Assembly: GCA_022843855.1 (NCBI GenBank)
Contig: JALHMV010000003.1
Span: forward strand, 6,560-70,559
Reading direction: 5' to 3'
DNA length: 64,000 nt
Origin: Patescibacteria group bacterium
Lineage (GTDB): Bacteria; Patescibacteriota; UBA1384; 2-12-FULL-50-11
In this document: positions 14,578 through 25,189 of the stretch, in pieces
Position numbering within the stretch: the first letter of the stretch is position 1
Layout of the letters: the number at the start of each line of letters is the position of its first letter
Notes under the pieces: generated by a model
What the model was told of the DNA's origin: nothing
Database searches by the model: none
What the model saw: only the letters and a program-made list of their open reading frames with translations
Made by a program: the position numbers and the translations under genes

Positions 14578-17120
14578 TGCAGCCACAAGCACGTGCCATG
14601 AATCTCGCACCGGTCAAGCCGCTCACCAAATTGGGCGAGGCGGTAAAGCCGCGGGAATACTCCAATCTGGCCGAGTTCATCCGGGAGCTGCACCTGCACT
14701 TCAAGAACAAGAACGTCCGCGTCCGGCACGAGGTCGCCGAGCAAGGCCGCATGATGGCGAATCTGCGGTCCGGCAAGCTTGAGCTGCGTCGCGATCCGCT
14801 CTACGGCACCCTGACGCTCCTCGAACCGCTTCCGCACCAGCCGCGAAGCGATATGCACGTTTACCCGCTCGCGCAGACCAATTCCAGCCAGCTGACGAGC
14901 GTCTGGACGCTCTCTCGGCCTCGCGTGGTCCCGCGGCTGTTCGGCGACAGCGACCGGGCACAGATCCAGACCGCTCTCGTCCAGCAGGTGATCGATCACT
15001 ACGCGACCGAGTACCTCCACGACGAGATGTTCAATCAGCGGGAATCGCTCTCGATGATGGACTACGGCACCGCAGTTTACGGCGTCTATTACGACCTGAC
15101 GCTGAACAAGATCACATCCGTCCTGCCGGTCGTCGCAGACACCAACAAGAACATATTTCCGGGCTATCAGTACTGCATGTCATGCCCGATGGAAGGGACG
15201 CCAAAGGATTTCAAGATCAAGGGCGAAATGCTGCCCCGGTGTCCGCAGTGCGGCACCTACAACGTCTCGAACGCCCTGGCACCGCAGACCGCCAAAGTGA
15301 CCGAGGTCATTGGAGGCCGGGAGTTCGAACAAGGCGACATCCTGATCCAGCTCGAACCCGTTCCCGCGTTCAATTGGGACATGCGCAAGCTGATCCACGA
15401 ATCGTCCTACGTGCAGCAGGCGATCGAGGTCCCGCACCGGCTGCTCGAATCGCTGCTCAATGTGCCGATCGAGCATATCTCGCCGGACGCGGAGCACGGC
15501 ATCCGCGTCATGAACGACCTCGGCAGCCGCGGCGGATCGCAGCCCGGGCTCGGCCGCGAGAATCTGCTCGGGAACACTGATCAGAATCAGGAAGGCACGC
15601 TCGGCTGGCAGGAATGGTATCGCCCGGAGATCTACGCCGGAGTGCGGTTTACATCCGACGAAAAGACACTATCCGGCGAAACCATCAAGGCCGGAGTGCC
15701 GCTCGAAGAATACTTCAAAGAAAGCCTTGGCGTATTGCTGATCGGCGACGATCTGGTCATCGGAGCGTTCGACGAGAAGTGCCCGCTATTCTCATCCGTC
15801 TATCACATTCAAAGCCACTCGGGTTACGGCAAGGGCACCGGCGATGCGATAGAGATCGCTGCGGACCTGACGCAGGCACACTCGGCAGCTCTCGCCACGA
15901 TCAAGCGATACGGTGCCGGAGGCGGCTTCGTCTATGACAAGCGGGCGCTGACGCGGCAGGAAGCCAAACGCATCCTCAAGCCGGGCGGAATGGCCGGTGC
16001 CGACCTTGCTAAATCGGGAGCCGCACGCGTCGAGGACCTGATCCACAGCGTCACGACCAACGAGGTCAATCAATCGAACATGGTGATGATCGCCCAGCTC
16101 GTCAACATGCTCAACATGGCGTTCCAGACCACCGACTTCACGCAGGGTGTCGCTGACAGCCGCGTCAAGGTCGATACGCTCGGCGGACAGCAGCTCCTTC
16201 AAGCTCAGCAGCAGCAACGGACCGCAGCCCCGCTCAGGCTCAAGGGTTACGCCTGGGCGATGGTGCTCGAAGAGGCGGTTTCCTGCTTCCGGAAGCACGT
16301 TCGCATACCGCTCTACTTCATGACCGGCGACAACTTCAAGCTGACCAGCGGGAAGTACATCAGCGGAGAAGATCTTCCCAAGCGTGTCCGCTGCACGTTC
16401 GTTCGCGATTCGGAGATCCCGAACAACGAGCTGACCCGCCAGCAAAACCTGACGACGATGATGCAGGCCGCTCCCGGATTCGGTGTTCCGTTCGTCCAGC
16501 TGATGCAGATGGAACCGCGGATCGCCTCGTGGTTCGCCGATGAGTACAAGACCGACCTCCCGATCGCAGACTACGGCGAACTGCTGATGCGGTGCCGTGA
16601 ACGGCTTGATCAGGTGATCGAGCTCGCCGGCGAGGAAGAACAGGTCGCAATGCTGACCGGATTCGCTCCCGATCCGCAAATGTCGGTCGAACGCATCCTT
16701 AGCCAGCTATCGCCGCCGCTCGATGCCTCCGAGCTGTACCACGTGATCAAGGCGCAGATCCTCTCCGATTACCTCGACAACGACGAGGTCAAGGAATGGT
16801 CGCCGCTGACCCAAATGGCGGTCCGCGCACTGATCATGCGCCACTACCAGCTTGATCGTGATTTCCGCTACGGGCTGCAGGTGCTCGAAGCACAGGGGCA
16901 GGCAGGCGTTACCGGTGCCGCGATGGCAATGGCCGCTCCCGCCATGCAGGCGGAACGCGACCAGGCGACCGAGGATGAGGCCATGGGCCGGGCTGCCGAC
17001 GTCATCGGCGACGAAGAAGCCCACCTCCGGGAACAGGAAGCCGCCGATGCCGATCATGGCCGTGCGGTCGAACTTGAACAAATCAAACAGAGGTCGAAGG
17101 GTTCGGCCTCAAAGGAGTAA
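14577..17120 (+). CDS. large virion protein, portal candidate (848 aa; contains a CxxC...CxxC Zn-ribbon)
   Basis: Gene order TerS-TerL-X-scaffold-capsid. TGATG coupling to the previous gene. No diagnostic motif recognised. Confidence 0.3.
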   Translation: MQPQARAMNLAPVKPLTKLGEAVKPREYSNLAEFIRELHLHFKNKNVRVRHEVAEQGRMMANLRSGKLELRRDPLYGTLTLLEPLPHQPRSDMHVYPLAQTNSSQLTSVWTLSRPRVVPRLFGDSDRAQIQTALVQQVIDHYATEYLHDEMFNQRESLSMMDYGTAVYGVYYDLTLNKITSVLPVVADTNKNIFPGYQYCMSCPMEGTPKDFKIKGEMLPRCPQCGTYNVSNALAPQTAKVTEVIGGREFEQGDILIQLEPVPAFNWDMRKLIHESSYVQQAIEVPHRLLESLLNVPIEHISPDAEHGIRVMNDLGSRGGSQPGLGRENLLGNTDQNQEGTLGWQEWYRPEIYAGVRFTSDEKTLSGETIKAGVPLEEYFKESLGVLLIGDDLVIGAFDEKCPLFSSVYHIQSHSGYGKGTGDAIEIAADLTQAHSAALATIKRYGAGGGFVYDKRALTRQEAKRILKPGGMAGADLAKSGAARVEDLIHSVTTNEVNQSNMVMIAQLVNMLNMAFQTTDFTQGVADSRVKVDTLGGQQLLQAQQQQRTAAPLRLKGYAWAMVLEEAVSCFRKHVRIPLYFMTGDNFKLTSGKYISGEDLPKRVRCTFVRDSEIPNNELTRQQNLTTMMQAAPGFGVPFVQLMQMEPRIASWFADEYKTDLPIADYGELLMRCRERLDQVIELAGEEEQVAMLTGFAPDPQMSVERILSQLSPPLDASELYHVIKAQILSDYLDNDEVKEWSPLTQMAVRALIMRHYQLDRDFRYGLQVLEAQGQAGVTGAAMAMAAPAMQAERDQATEDEAMGRAADVIGDEEAHLREQEAADADHGRAVELEQIKQRSKGSASKE

Positions 17121-17129
17121 TTTACGACT

Positions 17130-18848
17130 ATGCCAGTAGAAACAAACACCACCGACGATCCAACATTCGAACCGCCCGTTGACGAGGCTCCGGCCGATGC
17201 CGCGCAAGATGACGCAGACTCCGGCCAAGCTGACGCTGATGAGCAAGCTGACGCAGGCCCTACGGATTCTGACGCCGATCAGCCCGCGGAAGCCGATCAG
17301 GCCGCGGAAGCGCCCGCTCTCAGCGACGAGCAGCTGATGAAACTGACGAACGACGACGTTCAGTTCATCATCAACAACCAAGGCAAGCTGCCGGCACATA
17401 TCTCGATCAACGCGGCCGGCGAGCTGGTCGTCGGCGACAAGGACGAGCCCGCGGCCGAACCGGAGGGGAAGGACGAGCCCGCGGCCGATGATGCGGCCGA
17501 TGCCGACGATGACATCGAGCGCCTGGTCAATGAATTTCAGTTCACCGACAACGCGGATCCCGACCTTCGTGCCGCCGAGGAAGCCAAATACCTCGACATG
17601 GTCGAATTGGCGGAGCCGGTCAAGAAGATGCTGGAGTACCGCGAGGAGAAACTCAAGGAGCTCCGGGAAAAGGTCGAAGAGCTCGAGAATTCGCCTGCCA
17701 ACGACAAGTACGCGGCCGAGCTTGCCGCGTCGCTCGACGAGTTGGTGAGCTTCGAGCGTGATCAATTCGGCGAGCTGACGCCCCGCACCGGTCCGCTTCG
17801 TGAGTATCTGCGGACGAACTTCCGCGATCAGTTGCCGTACCTGATCCGCGACCATCTGGCCGAGCCGAGCGCGGAGCATCCGGGCATGACGAACTTCCAA
17901 GCCATGCTCAAGACCTGGTTCGGTGCAAACGACGAGCAGATCGTCAATGTCGGCCGCTACCTGCTCCAGCAGGACCGGTACGCACTGCCCGAGCACGTGC
18001 CGGCCGGGATCGACGGCCGCGTTCGCGAAGCGTATCACCGCTCGCCCGATCGCGAGCGGATCGAACAAGCGGCCCGTGACCTGATCGACACCATCAACAA
18101 CGAGTCGGCAACGCCGGAAGCACGCAGCCGGGCACAGGAGGAGCTGCGGCAGATCAACCAGAATCTCGCCGTGATCCAGGACGGCATAGACGCCAAGAAT
18201 CGCGAACGGCAGGAAGCCCGGCAAGCCCCGATCCTCGCTCTGCAGAAACGGCAGGAACAAGCGTTCAACGAAACGCAGAAGCAGGCTGCCGGACTGCTCC
18301 GCGAATTCATCGACGACTACGTCAAGACCGTGGGCGAAATCGACCCGGCCGCCAATATCAATGGGCTCGCTCTCGGGAACGTGATCCGGAACGCTCTGTC
18401 GGACAACGATATCTACGCGCAAATGACCCGTGATCAGCTCAAGAATGAGGGCATTCGCGTCAATTGGGAGCTGGCTGAAAAGCACATCGAAAACCTCCAA
18501 GAGCTCCACGAAAAACGCCTCCTCCAAATGGAAGCCAAGGCCCATGACCGCGTGATCTCCAAGACCAACTCCGAGATCGAACGGATCGTCCGCGAGCTCC
18601 GCGGGATGCACAAGGATTTTCTCGGCCAGGTATCACGAAAACAGGCCGAATCGCTTAGCAAGAAGATCGCCAAGACCGCCAACGACGCTGCTCAACGGGC
18701 GAAGGTGCCCGCGACGCGTGCTCGGCCGCAGACGCGGACCGATTACGAAACCACAGTCATGGACTTCAGCAAAATGGAACCCGAGGAAGTGAGCAGCCGG
18801 GTTGGTGAGCTTCGTGCGAAATTGAGGGCCGCGGGCTTTCAAACCTAA
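17130..18848 (+). CDS. scaffolding-like protein (extremely acidic N-terminus with KDEPAA repeats, long coiled-coil)
   Basis: Composition and position between the portal candidate and the capsid candidate. Confidence 0.35.
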   Translation: MPVETNTTDDPTFEPPVDEAPADAAQDDADSGQADADEQADAGPTDSDADQPAEADQAAEAPALSDEQLMKLTNDDVQFIINNQGKLPAHISINAAGELVVGDKDEPAAEPEGKDEPAADDAADADDDIERLVNEFQFTDNADPDLRAAEEAKYLDMVELAEPVKKMLEYREEKLKELREKVEELENSPANDKYAAELAASLDELVSFERDQFGELTPRTGPLREYLRTNFRDQLPYLIRDHLAEPSAEHPGMTNFQAMLKTWFGANDEQIVNVGRYLLQQDRYALPEHVPAGIDGRVREAYHRSPDRERIEQAARDLIDTINNESATPEARSRAQEELRQINQNLAVIQDGIDAKNRERQEARQAPILALQKRQEQAFNETQKQAAGLLREFIDDYVKTVGEIDPAANINGLALGNVIRNALSDNDIYAQMTRDQLKNEGIRVNWELAEKHIENLQELHEKRLLQMEAKAHDRVISKTNSEIERIVRELRGMHKDFLGQVSRKQAESLSKKIAKTANDAAQRAKVPATRARPQTRTDYETTVMDFSKMEPEEVSSRVGELRAKLRAAGFQT

Positions 18849-18889
18849 TTTTTATCAAGGGGGAAATTCAGACTTAAAGGAGCACTAAT

Positions 18890-20230
18890 ATGGCAAATCC
18901 GACTTTGTTGCAGAACTATTCGGCCGCAGTTAAGGCCGACATGCGCAATAAGATCATCCAGCAGAAGACGCAAAAGGCCGTCACATTAGCTACCTTCAAA
19001 TCCGGTTCGGGTGCTCGCAACGAATCGGGTGCGATGGTGGGGCTGGAGATCCCGTACAAGCGTGGCGTCACGTTTGGTGAAACCGCTTTGAACCCGCTTC
19101 GGCGTGTGACCTCGTTCGAACCGATGGTCTCGCCGAAGACCGCGAAGATGTTCGTCGGCCTGACGTACTCAGGCTTTACGGTGGAATCTGAATGGTTCCA
19201 CGAAAAGGACGCTGCTCGCAACAAGCTGCCCGAGGGCGAAAGCGACTTTCAGCGCGATGTCGTGCTGACCTACTATCAGCACCAGAATTGGTACTCGATC
19301 GGACCCGGCACCGGGATCATCGGCTACTTCACGACCAGCGGCGGCAGCGGCCTCCATTCGTTCGCGTTCGATAACACCGCTCGCGGACGTTCGAAGGGTT
19401 CGCTTCGTGTCGCCGTGTCGCCGGGAACGAGCTCTGAGGAGCGTGTGCTCTATCAGGCGGTCGACGAGGCGACCAACACGGTGACCGCGACGTTCTACGT
19501 CGTATCGAAGCCGTCGTCCGTGACCGCTCAGGTCATCGTGCTTTCCGGTGCGATCACTGCCGGCAACGGTGTTGTTCGCTACGGACATTACAACCGCGTA
19601 ATGTACGGGCTCGGCTACCACATCAACCACGTTCCGCGGACCTCGTACCAGGGTGCGGACACCACGGTCGACGACTTCCTGAACTCGATCGGCATCGATT
19701 GCGACGGCGGACCGATGACGGCAACGCTGCTCGACAGCGGCAAGCTGGCCATGGAGGTCGAGGCGAACGATAGCACGGCGCATAAGAACAAAATGTTCCA
19801 CATGACGCACGGCCATCACCGATCCCTCGCCGCCTACGGCTACGATCTTCGCACCTACAATGCCGAAAAGGGCGACGCCATGAAGTCTTTTGGCGTTCCG
19901 CGGTATTACGAGGACGAGGACTCGATCTGGGCCCGCGACGAGGACATGGAAGACGCCTACCTCTACGGCCGTCACCGCTCCGACTATTGGGAGTATCGGC
20001 AGGCAGCGATCGATGAAGTTACGAACGGAAAAGAGCAGTATCCGGGCGTCAACCTCGTTGGTTCGACCGAGCACTACCGCAATTGGGGTGAAGCGAAGAA
20101 CATCGCATGGGACGCTCGCGGCGAAAAAGGCGACAACACCGGCAACGGTAAGCCGAACTCGTCGATCGTGTTCTATAACCTCGAAATTCCGGCGACGAAT
20201 CAGGTTGCCCGAGGACGTTCACTCGTCTAA
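18890..20230 (+). CDS. major capsid protein candidate (446 aa)
   Basis: Strong RBS AAAGGAG. Followed by the strongest terminator in the window. Position after the scaffold-like gene. Confidence 0.4.
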   Translation: MANPTLLQNYSAAVKADMRNKIIQQKTQKAVTLATFKSGSGARNESGAMVGLEIPYKRGVTFGETALNPLRRVTSFEPMVSPKTAKMFVGLTYSGFTVESEWFHEKDAARNKLPEGESDFQRDVVLTYYQHQNWYSIGPGTGIIGYFTTSGGSGLHSFAFDNTARGRSKGSLRVAVSPGTSSEERVLYQAVDEATNTVTATFYVVSKPSSVTAQVIVLSGAITAGNGVVRYGHYNRVMYGLGYHINHVPRTSYQGADTTVDDFLNSIGIDCDGGPMTATLLDSGKLAMEVEANDSTAHKNKMFHMTHGHHRSLAAYGYDLRTYNAEKGDAMKSFGVPRYYEDEDSIWARDEDMEDAYLYGRHRSDYWEYRQAAIDEVTNGKEQYPGVNLVGSTEHYRNWGEAKNIAWDARGEKGDNTGNGKPNSSIVFYNLEIPATNQVARGRSLV

Positions 20231-20244
20231 TCCTCCACTGGACG

Positions 20245-20276
20245 CAGGAGTACCCGATGGTGCTCCTGCATTTTTG
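20245..20276 (+). terminator. rho-independent terminator (stem CAGGAGTACC / GGTGCTCCTG with one G-U, loop CGAT, then CATTTTTG)
   Basis: Seen in sequence 15 nt after the capsid-candidate stop. Confidence 0.55.
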
Positions 20277-20284
20277 AAATTCTT

Positions 20285-21139
20285 ATGACCGACGAAACGA
20301 AAATTCCTTTGGCGACAGAAGCAGTAACGGCGTTGAACGATCCGGACGCCTGGGTGCGTGATTCGCAGCCGGCTACCGGACCGCATGACGACCGCCTGCC
20401 CGACGTTCAACGGCAATTGGATCAGCTCGTCGGACTGACGCGTGACCTGAAAAGTATCGTCAAGATCGTCTGGAACGGCGATCAGCGATATTGGAAGCGT
20501 GTCTATCGCAAGTGGGACACCGAAGGCGAGCCGATGGGTGATTCCATCGGCCGCCCGGTCCTGCTTTACAAGACCATTCGGGATCCGCACGGCAACGTCG
20601 TCCGCGATTCATTTCCGCCTCGCTACCTCGTGCTCACCCGGATCGAGCCCGAGCAGTACCACGACGAATGGGCAAAGGACGGCACGATCTACCATCCGCG
20701 ATTCAGAAAGCGTATCCGGATCAAGCCGGCCGAACCGCCGAAGGATTGGTACATCTGGCTGATGACGGTCGCCGAGCACGACGGGCGATGCTGCTTTGAA
20801 GCTCAGCAGCAGGAACGCTCGTGTTTCGGTTCGTACGCGCCTCCGGCAGCGTGTTTGCCCGCGATCAAGGCGATGGTCGATGGGGCGAAGGAATCCGGGA
20901 TCAAGACGAACCCGTTCGACTCGTCGGACGCTCTGACTCGTCGCCAGATCGACAACTCGATCAACAACTACAACATGCAGGCACTCAAAGATGCCGAGTT
21001 CACGCTGTCCATGGCAGCCTCAGAATTCCCGCTCGCGTTCGCTACTCCGCAGGAGCTCGCCGGGGGCCTCAGCCTGGCCGAGATCCGGCGACGAGCAGCT
21101 GACCGGGCCAAGAGAAAGGTCGAAACGTTCGACCGCTAA
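20285..21139 (+). CDS. hypothetical virion-module protein
   Basis: Track ORF. Confidence 0.35.
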   Translation: MTDETKIPLATEAVTALNDPDAWVRDSQPATGPHDDRLPDVQRQLDQLVGLTRDLKSIVKIVWNGDQRYWKRVYRKWDTEGEPMGDSIGRPVLLYKTIRDPHGNVVRDSFPPRYLVLTRIEPEQYHDEWAKDGTIYHPRFRKRIRIKPAEPPKDWYIWLMTVAEHDGRCCFEAQQQERSCFGSYAPPAACLPAIKAMVDGAKESGIKTNPFDSSDALTRRQIDNSINNYNMQALKDAEFTLSMAASEFPLAFATPQELAGGLSLAEIRRRAADRAKRKVETFDR

Positions 21140-21147
21140 GGAGAAAT

Positions 21148-22416
21148 ATGGAACCAACGATCGCAACAGCACCACAGACCGTGGATTATGATTTCGAAAG
21201 ACCGGCCGTTCCGACAAAGACCAGCCGCTATGTCTTCTTTGCCGGCAACGTGATCCCGCCATCCGTCCGGGCCTTAACGCAGGCGTGGACGCGCGGCGGA
21301 GTGATCCGTGCCGAGTATGGCAGCCTCCGGCACAACGGCGGCTACATCCCGCAGTGCGAGATAACGCCCTGCCGCCCGTACATGGTCGCCGAGGACGTCA
21401 ATCTCGTTCACGCCGAACGGCGCGGAGATAAGCAGGAAACCGCGATCCTCAACGTCAAGGGCCAGCGCACCGAGGTCGGCTACTACGTCGATGCCGATAC
21501 CGGCGAACGGAAGTGGGATGGCCTGCTTCGGACGCTCCGCTATCCGGACCGGGAGATCATGACGCTCATCGGAAAGCAGGACGGCATCGTGGAAATGCCC
21601 GTCCAGAACGATGAGGAAATGATGGCCGCTCAGTTCTTCCTGTTCCCGAATTGGGACCGGATCAGCACTAACAGCCTGATCCTGCCGCCGACGCTGAATT
21701 CGCTTGAAGCGTACTTTCAGGAACGACGCCAGGCGGCCACGACGCAGTTCGAAATGGACGTCGCCGAGGCTGCTCTGCGGAGCTGCCGCGACTTCCGTGT
21801 CTTTGGCAACGCGGTCATTGCCCGAGCCAACGAGGCGTTCGAAATGCACAAGACCAAGGGCCTTTCGTATCGCTACGGCCAGACCGCAGAGATCATGTTC
21901 GCGTTCCTCGAAGTTCCGCGGCTCGACATCGTCAACCAGCAGCAGGCCCAGATGATGGACAAGCTGACCAAGGCACTGACGACGCTCGCCGAAACGCAGT
22001 CGGTCATGGCGTCGAACCAGATCGCAGGCAGTTCTCCGGCACCTGCTGCGGCAGCCCCGAACGTCGACGCTCCGGCCATCAAGCCGGAAGCGCTTGAGAT
22101 CGCGTCAATGCTGTCCAGCTTGAAGCCCGAGGATCTGGCTGCAATTCGCTCTGTGATCGACGTAAACCGCTCGACGGCTACCGAACTACCCGTCGAGGGC
22201 GAAAACGAGCAGGAAAGCCCCATTCCGCCTAAAACAGCAGGCATTAAAACGCCGCTGCCACTGGCCGGTGACGTTGTTCGCGTCGGTGAGCGGACCGGCA
22301 AGATCGCAAAGATGCTCGCCGGCATCGCAGCCGGAAAGGGCAAGGTGCTTTTCGACGGCGACGAGAACCCGGAAACGGTCGATTTCACCAAGGTCGAGTT
22401 TGAGGTTGTGAACTAA
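21148..22416 (+). CDS. hypothetical virion-module protein (422 aa)
   Basis: Track ORF with AAGGAGA RBS. Confidence 0.35.
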   Translation: MEPTIATAPQTVDYDFERPAVPTKTSRYVFFAGNVIPPSVRALTQAWTRGGVIRAEYGSLRHNGGYIPQCEITPCRPYMVAEDVNLVHAERRGDKQETAILNVKGQRTEVGYYVDADTGERKWDGLLRTLRYPDREIMTLIGKQDGIVEMPVQNDEEMMAAQFFLFPNWDRISTNSLILPPTLNSLEAYFQERRQAATTQFEMDVAEAALRSCRDFRVFGNAVIARANEAFEMHKTKGLSYRYGQTAEIMFAFLEVPRLDIVNQQQAQMMDKLTKALTTLAETQSVMASNQIAGSSPAPAAAAPNVDAPAIKPEALEIASMLSSLKPEDLAAIRSVIDVNRSTATELPVEGENEQESPIPPKTAGIKTPLPLAGDVVRVGERTGKIAKMLAGIAAGKGKVLFDGDENPETVDFTKVEFEVVN

Positions 22417-23180
22417 TGCTGACACGCGGCGAAGAGTTTCAGGAAGTGAGGCGGCTTTTGGGATTTCCGAAGTTCCAAAAGCCCAGCCCCGACGAGATCT
22501 TCTCGGGGCTCTTCGCCGCGGAGCAGTACATCCGCAACGCAATGACCAATTCGCGTCGTGAGTGGACGCTCAACCGGGCAACCATTACCACGGTCGCGGA
22601 CCAGGCGGAATATCAGGTCGTGCCGGCAGATGTCAACGGACGGCCGGGAATGCCTCCGGGCAAGCCATGGAACATCTATCACGTGCTTGAGAACGGGCAG
22701 ATCCTGCCGATCCCGTGGACCGATGTCGTCAACGAAATGAGCAACCAGCATTACGAGTTCGTTGTTCTGCCGCCGACGATCAACGTCAATCCCGGCTATT
22801 ACAACCTCTCGGCGCAGAAGGCAGCCTTCTTTCGTCAGGATTCGCAGCTGTGGGTGCGTCTGTTCCCGATCCCGGATACGGCAGATACCGAGTACGTGAT
22901 CCAGTACATCACGGGGCGTTCGGATTACGGGCTTTACGATTGGAACGATCGCCCGGAATCGTTCGAGTACACGACGCTGAAGACCGTAATGGCCGCAATG
23001 CGGGTTGTTGGGAACAGCGAGTGGGAAGGCCACTCGCTCGAACAAACCCTTCGCCGTCGCAGCGATCTGCGGGCAGACCTCGCGAATCAATTCACGCTGT
23101 TCAGGGAACAGTTCGAAAGCCATATCGGCAATCTGCAGAATGAACCGGTTTCAGATACCGGCTATTGGTGGGAGATCTAA
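22416..23180 (+). CDS. hypothetical virion-module protein
   Basis: Track ORF with ATGA-type coupling. Confidence 0.35.
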   Translation: MLTRGEEFQEVRRLLGFPKFQKPSPDEIFSGLFAAEQYIRNAMTNSRREWTLNRATITTVADQAEYQVVPADVNGRPGMPPGKPWNIYHVLENGQILPIPWTDVVNEMSNQHYEFVVLPPTINVNPGYYNLSAQKAAFFRQDSQLWVRLFPIPDTADTEYVIQYITGRSDYGLYDWNDRPESFEYTTLKTVMAAMRVVGNSEWEGHSLEQTLRRRSDLRADLANQFTLFREQFESHIGNLQNEPVSDTGYWWEI

Positions 23181-23181
23181 C

Positions 23182-23580
23182 ATGGGAGCAATTCATTCAA
23201 GAGTTTCGCACGAGGCCAAACGGCTGCGGCAAGTGACGGGAGCGACCAACAACGTCCTGGTCGTGCCGTACGTCGAGGTAATTCCGGTCAACGGCTATAC
23301 CGAATCCGTTGGCCTCGCCAACACGATCATGGACATCGAGATCCGTAACGTCGGCGGAGCTCCTTCGGGCGGAGCGGTGAGCGTGCTGATCGAGTCACAT
23401 ACGAATCAGGCATTCCCGACCACTCCGCGCACGCTGGCGACCGTAGCCTTTGCCTCTATTCCCGATGACACATCGGTCATGGTCGAGGACGTCGCGGACG
23501 GCAAAAGCTACATTCGCGTCAGCAACACTTCGGACGTCGAGATCGAGGTCCGTTATTGGAGAAAGCCGGATAGGATCTGA
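23182..23580 (+). CDS. hypothetical virion-module protein (132 aa)
   Basis: ATG at 23182 directly after the previous stop. In frame with track ORF 23005..23580. Confidence 0.35.
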   Translation: MGAIHSRVSHEAKRLRQVTGATNNVLVVPYVEVIPVNGYTESVGLANTIMDIEIRNVGGAPSGGAVSVLIESHTNQAFPTTPRTLATVAFASIPDDTSVMVEDVADGKSYIRVSNTSDVEIEVRYWRKPDRI

Positions 23581-24608
23581 TGCCATACCCTTATCAGGAC
23601 ATAGCTAAGTTCGTCGCTCTCCGCACTCGTCAGATCGAGGGCGGGGATGAGGCTGCTCGGCGTGCCGCGTTCGAGGCCGTCAGCATCGACACCGAGCTTG
23701 ATGGTGCCGATATTCCGTGGGGATCACTCAAGCGGGACATCATCGCCGTCGCCACAGAGCTCGCGAACGCGATCGCCAACTCCAACAATCCGCAGTTCCG
23801 CCGAGCATTGCAGTCCGAAAGCCTTAGCGTAGCAAGTCCGGGGCTAGTGCCGCTGAACGATGCCGCAGGCGTTCGTTTCATCGGCAGCTTCGACGCGATC
23901 TACGATGCGACGGACGGTAAGGCGTTGACCGAGCAGCCGTTTCGCGTCGTCAGCCGGCGCATCGAAAACGCCGGAGCGTTCTACAAGATCCCGGCGTACT
24001 ACTACGCGATGCTCGGGTCGAGGATCTATCACACGCGGCCGAACGTAAGATTTCGCGGATGTGCCTGGGACGTCGACCAGCAATCGACCTTGTTCGATAC
24101 TGTCGGCACCGTGCCGGCAACGCGGACATTCAATGCCGGCAACGTCGATACGGCGACCGATCAGATCGACATTACCGCTCACCCGTTCTATACCGGCCTT
24201 CGGGTTCAACTCACGACCGATGGGACGCTGCCTGCTCCGCTGACGCCGGGGCAGTTCGTATTCATCATCGTCGAGGATGTCGACAATATCGCGTTCGCGA
24301 ACACCTATACCGATGCGCTTTTAAACAACCGCATCAACCTGACGACCGCGGGGTCCGGGACGCACACAGTTACGCCGCAGGAAGCATCCGTTGGAGGGCT
24401 TTGCCCGCTTCCTGACGCATTGAAGGTCTTGCACGCGTGCAAGGTGTTGGCCCGTCAACCACAGGAGGATTGGCTGGCCAACGAGGGCGGCTACTACCAA
24501 GGGATCGCCGATCGGCTAGAAGCCGACGTGATCGCTGGTCGTGCCGAGCTTAAAACGCTACCGGCGATGCCGCTGAATACGGTCAATGCCGATCCGATCA
24601 AAGGCTAA
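23580..24608 (+). CDS. hypothetical virion-module protein (342 aa)
   Basis: Track ORF, coupled start. Confidence 0.35.
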   Translation: MPYPYQDIAKFVALRTRQIEGGDEAARRAAFEAVSIDTELDGADIPWGSLKRDIIAVATELANAIANSNNPQFRRALQSESLSVASPGLVPLNDAAGVRFIGSFDAIYDATDGKALTEQPFRVVSRRIENAGAFYKIPAYYYAMLGSRIYHTRPNVRFRGCAWDVDQQSTLFDTVGTVPATRTFNAGNVDTATDQIDITAHPFYTGLRVQLTTDGTLPAPLTPGQFVFIIVEDVDNIAFANTYTDALLNNRINLTTAGSGTHTVTPQEASVGGLCPLPDALKVLHACKVLARQPQEDWLANEGGYYQGIADRLEADVIAGRAELKTLPAMPLNTVNADPIKG

Positions 24609-24634
24609 ATTTCAATAATTCAAGGAGCAATCTT

Positions 24635-25189
24635 ATGACTGAAGCAAGAAAAAGAGCAGATTTTATAGAGCCGACGAGCGTCGGCATCGGCGTCAAAGCA
24701 GACAGCGACCTCATCGTGGACGAGCAAAAAGGCCTCATCCATCGGACGCTGATCAATCTCGTTGACGAGGAGATCGCGATCATCGACACAGGCGGTGCGA
24801 ACGGCGGCTACGGTTCGAAAAAGCTGATGGACCTGCCGAAGGGCAACATCCTATTCCTCGGAGCCACGACTCGCCTGACCAGCATCGTCGCGGCTGCCGG
24901 TATCGGAGTGACCGCAGCCGTCAAGCACTCGGTCGGTTCGGCCGCAGAAGCCACGAACGATACGCTTGATTCGGTGCAGGCCAACATCGTGCCTTCGACC
25001 AGCATCACGCTGGCCGCGAGTGCCGGTTCGGGCGGCGGGGCGAGCACCGGACAAACGGTCGTTGATGGCCGGTCATCGGCAGCCGATATCGTCCTCAACT
25101 TCGGTGTCGCCGATGCTGGCATCAGCGCGAACAGCTCGGTGACCGTCAGCGGCCAGGTCGAAGTGTTCTGGCTCAATCTTGGAGCATAA
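24635..25189 (+). CDS. hypothetical virion-module protein (Gly/Ala/Ser-rich, strong RBS)
   Basis: CAAGGAGCAA RBS. Track ORF. Confidence 0.35.
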   Translation: MTEARKRADFIEPTSVGIGVKADSDLIVDEQKGLIHRTLINLVDEEIAIIDTGGANGGYGSKKLMDLPKGNILFLGATTRLTSIVAAAGIGVTAAVKHSVGSAAEATNDTLDSVQANIVPSTSITLAASAGSGGGASTGQTVVDGRSSAADIVLNFGVADAGISANSSVTVSGQVEVFWLNLGA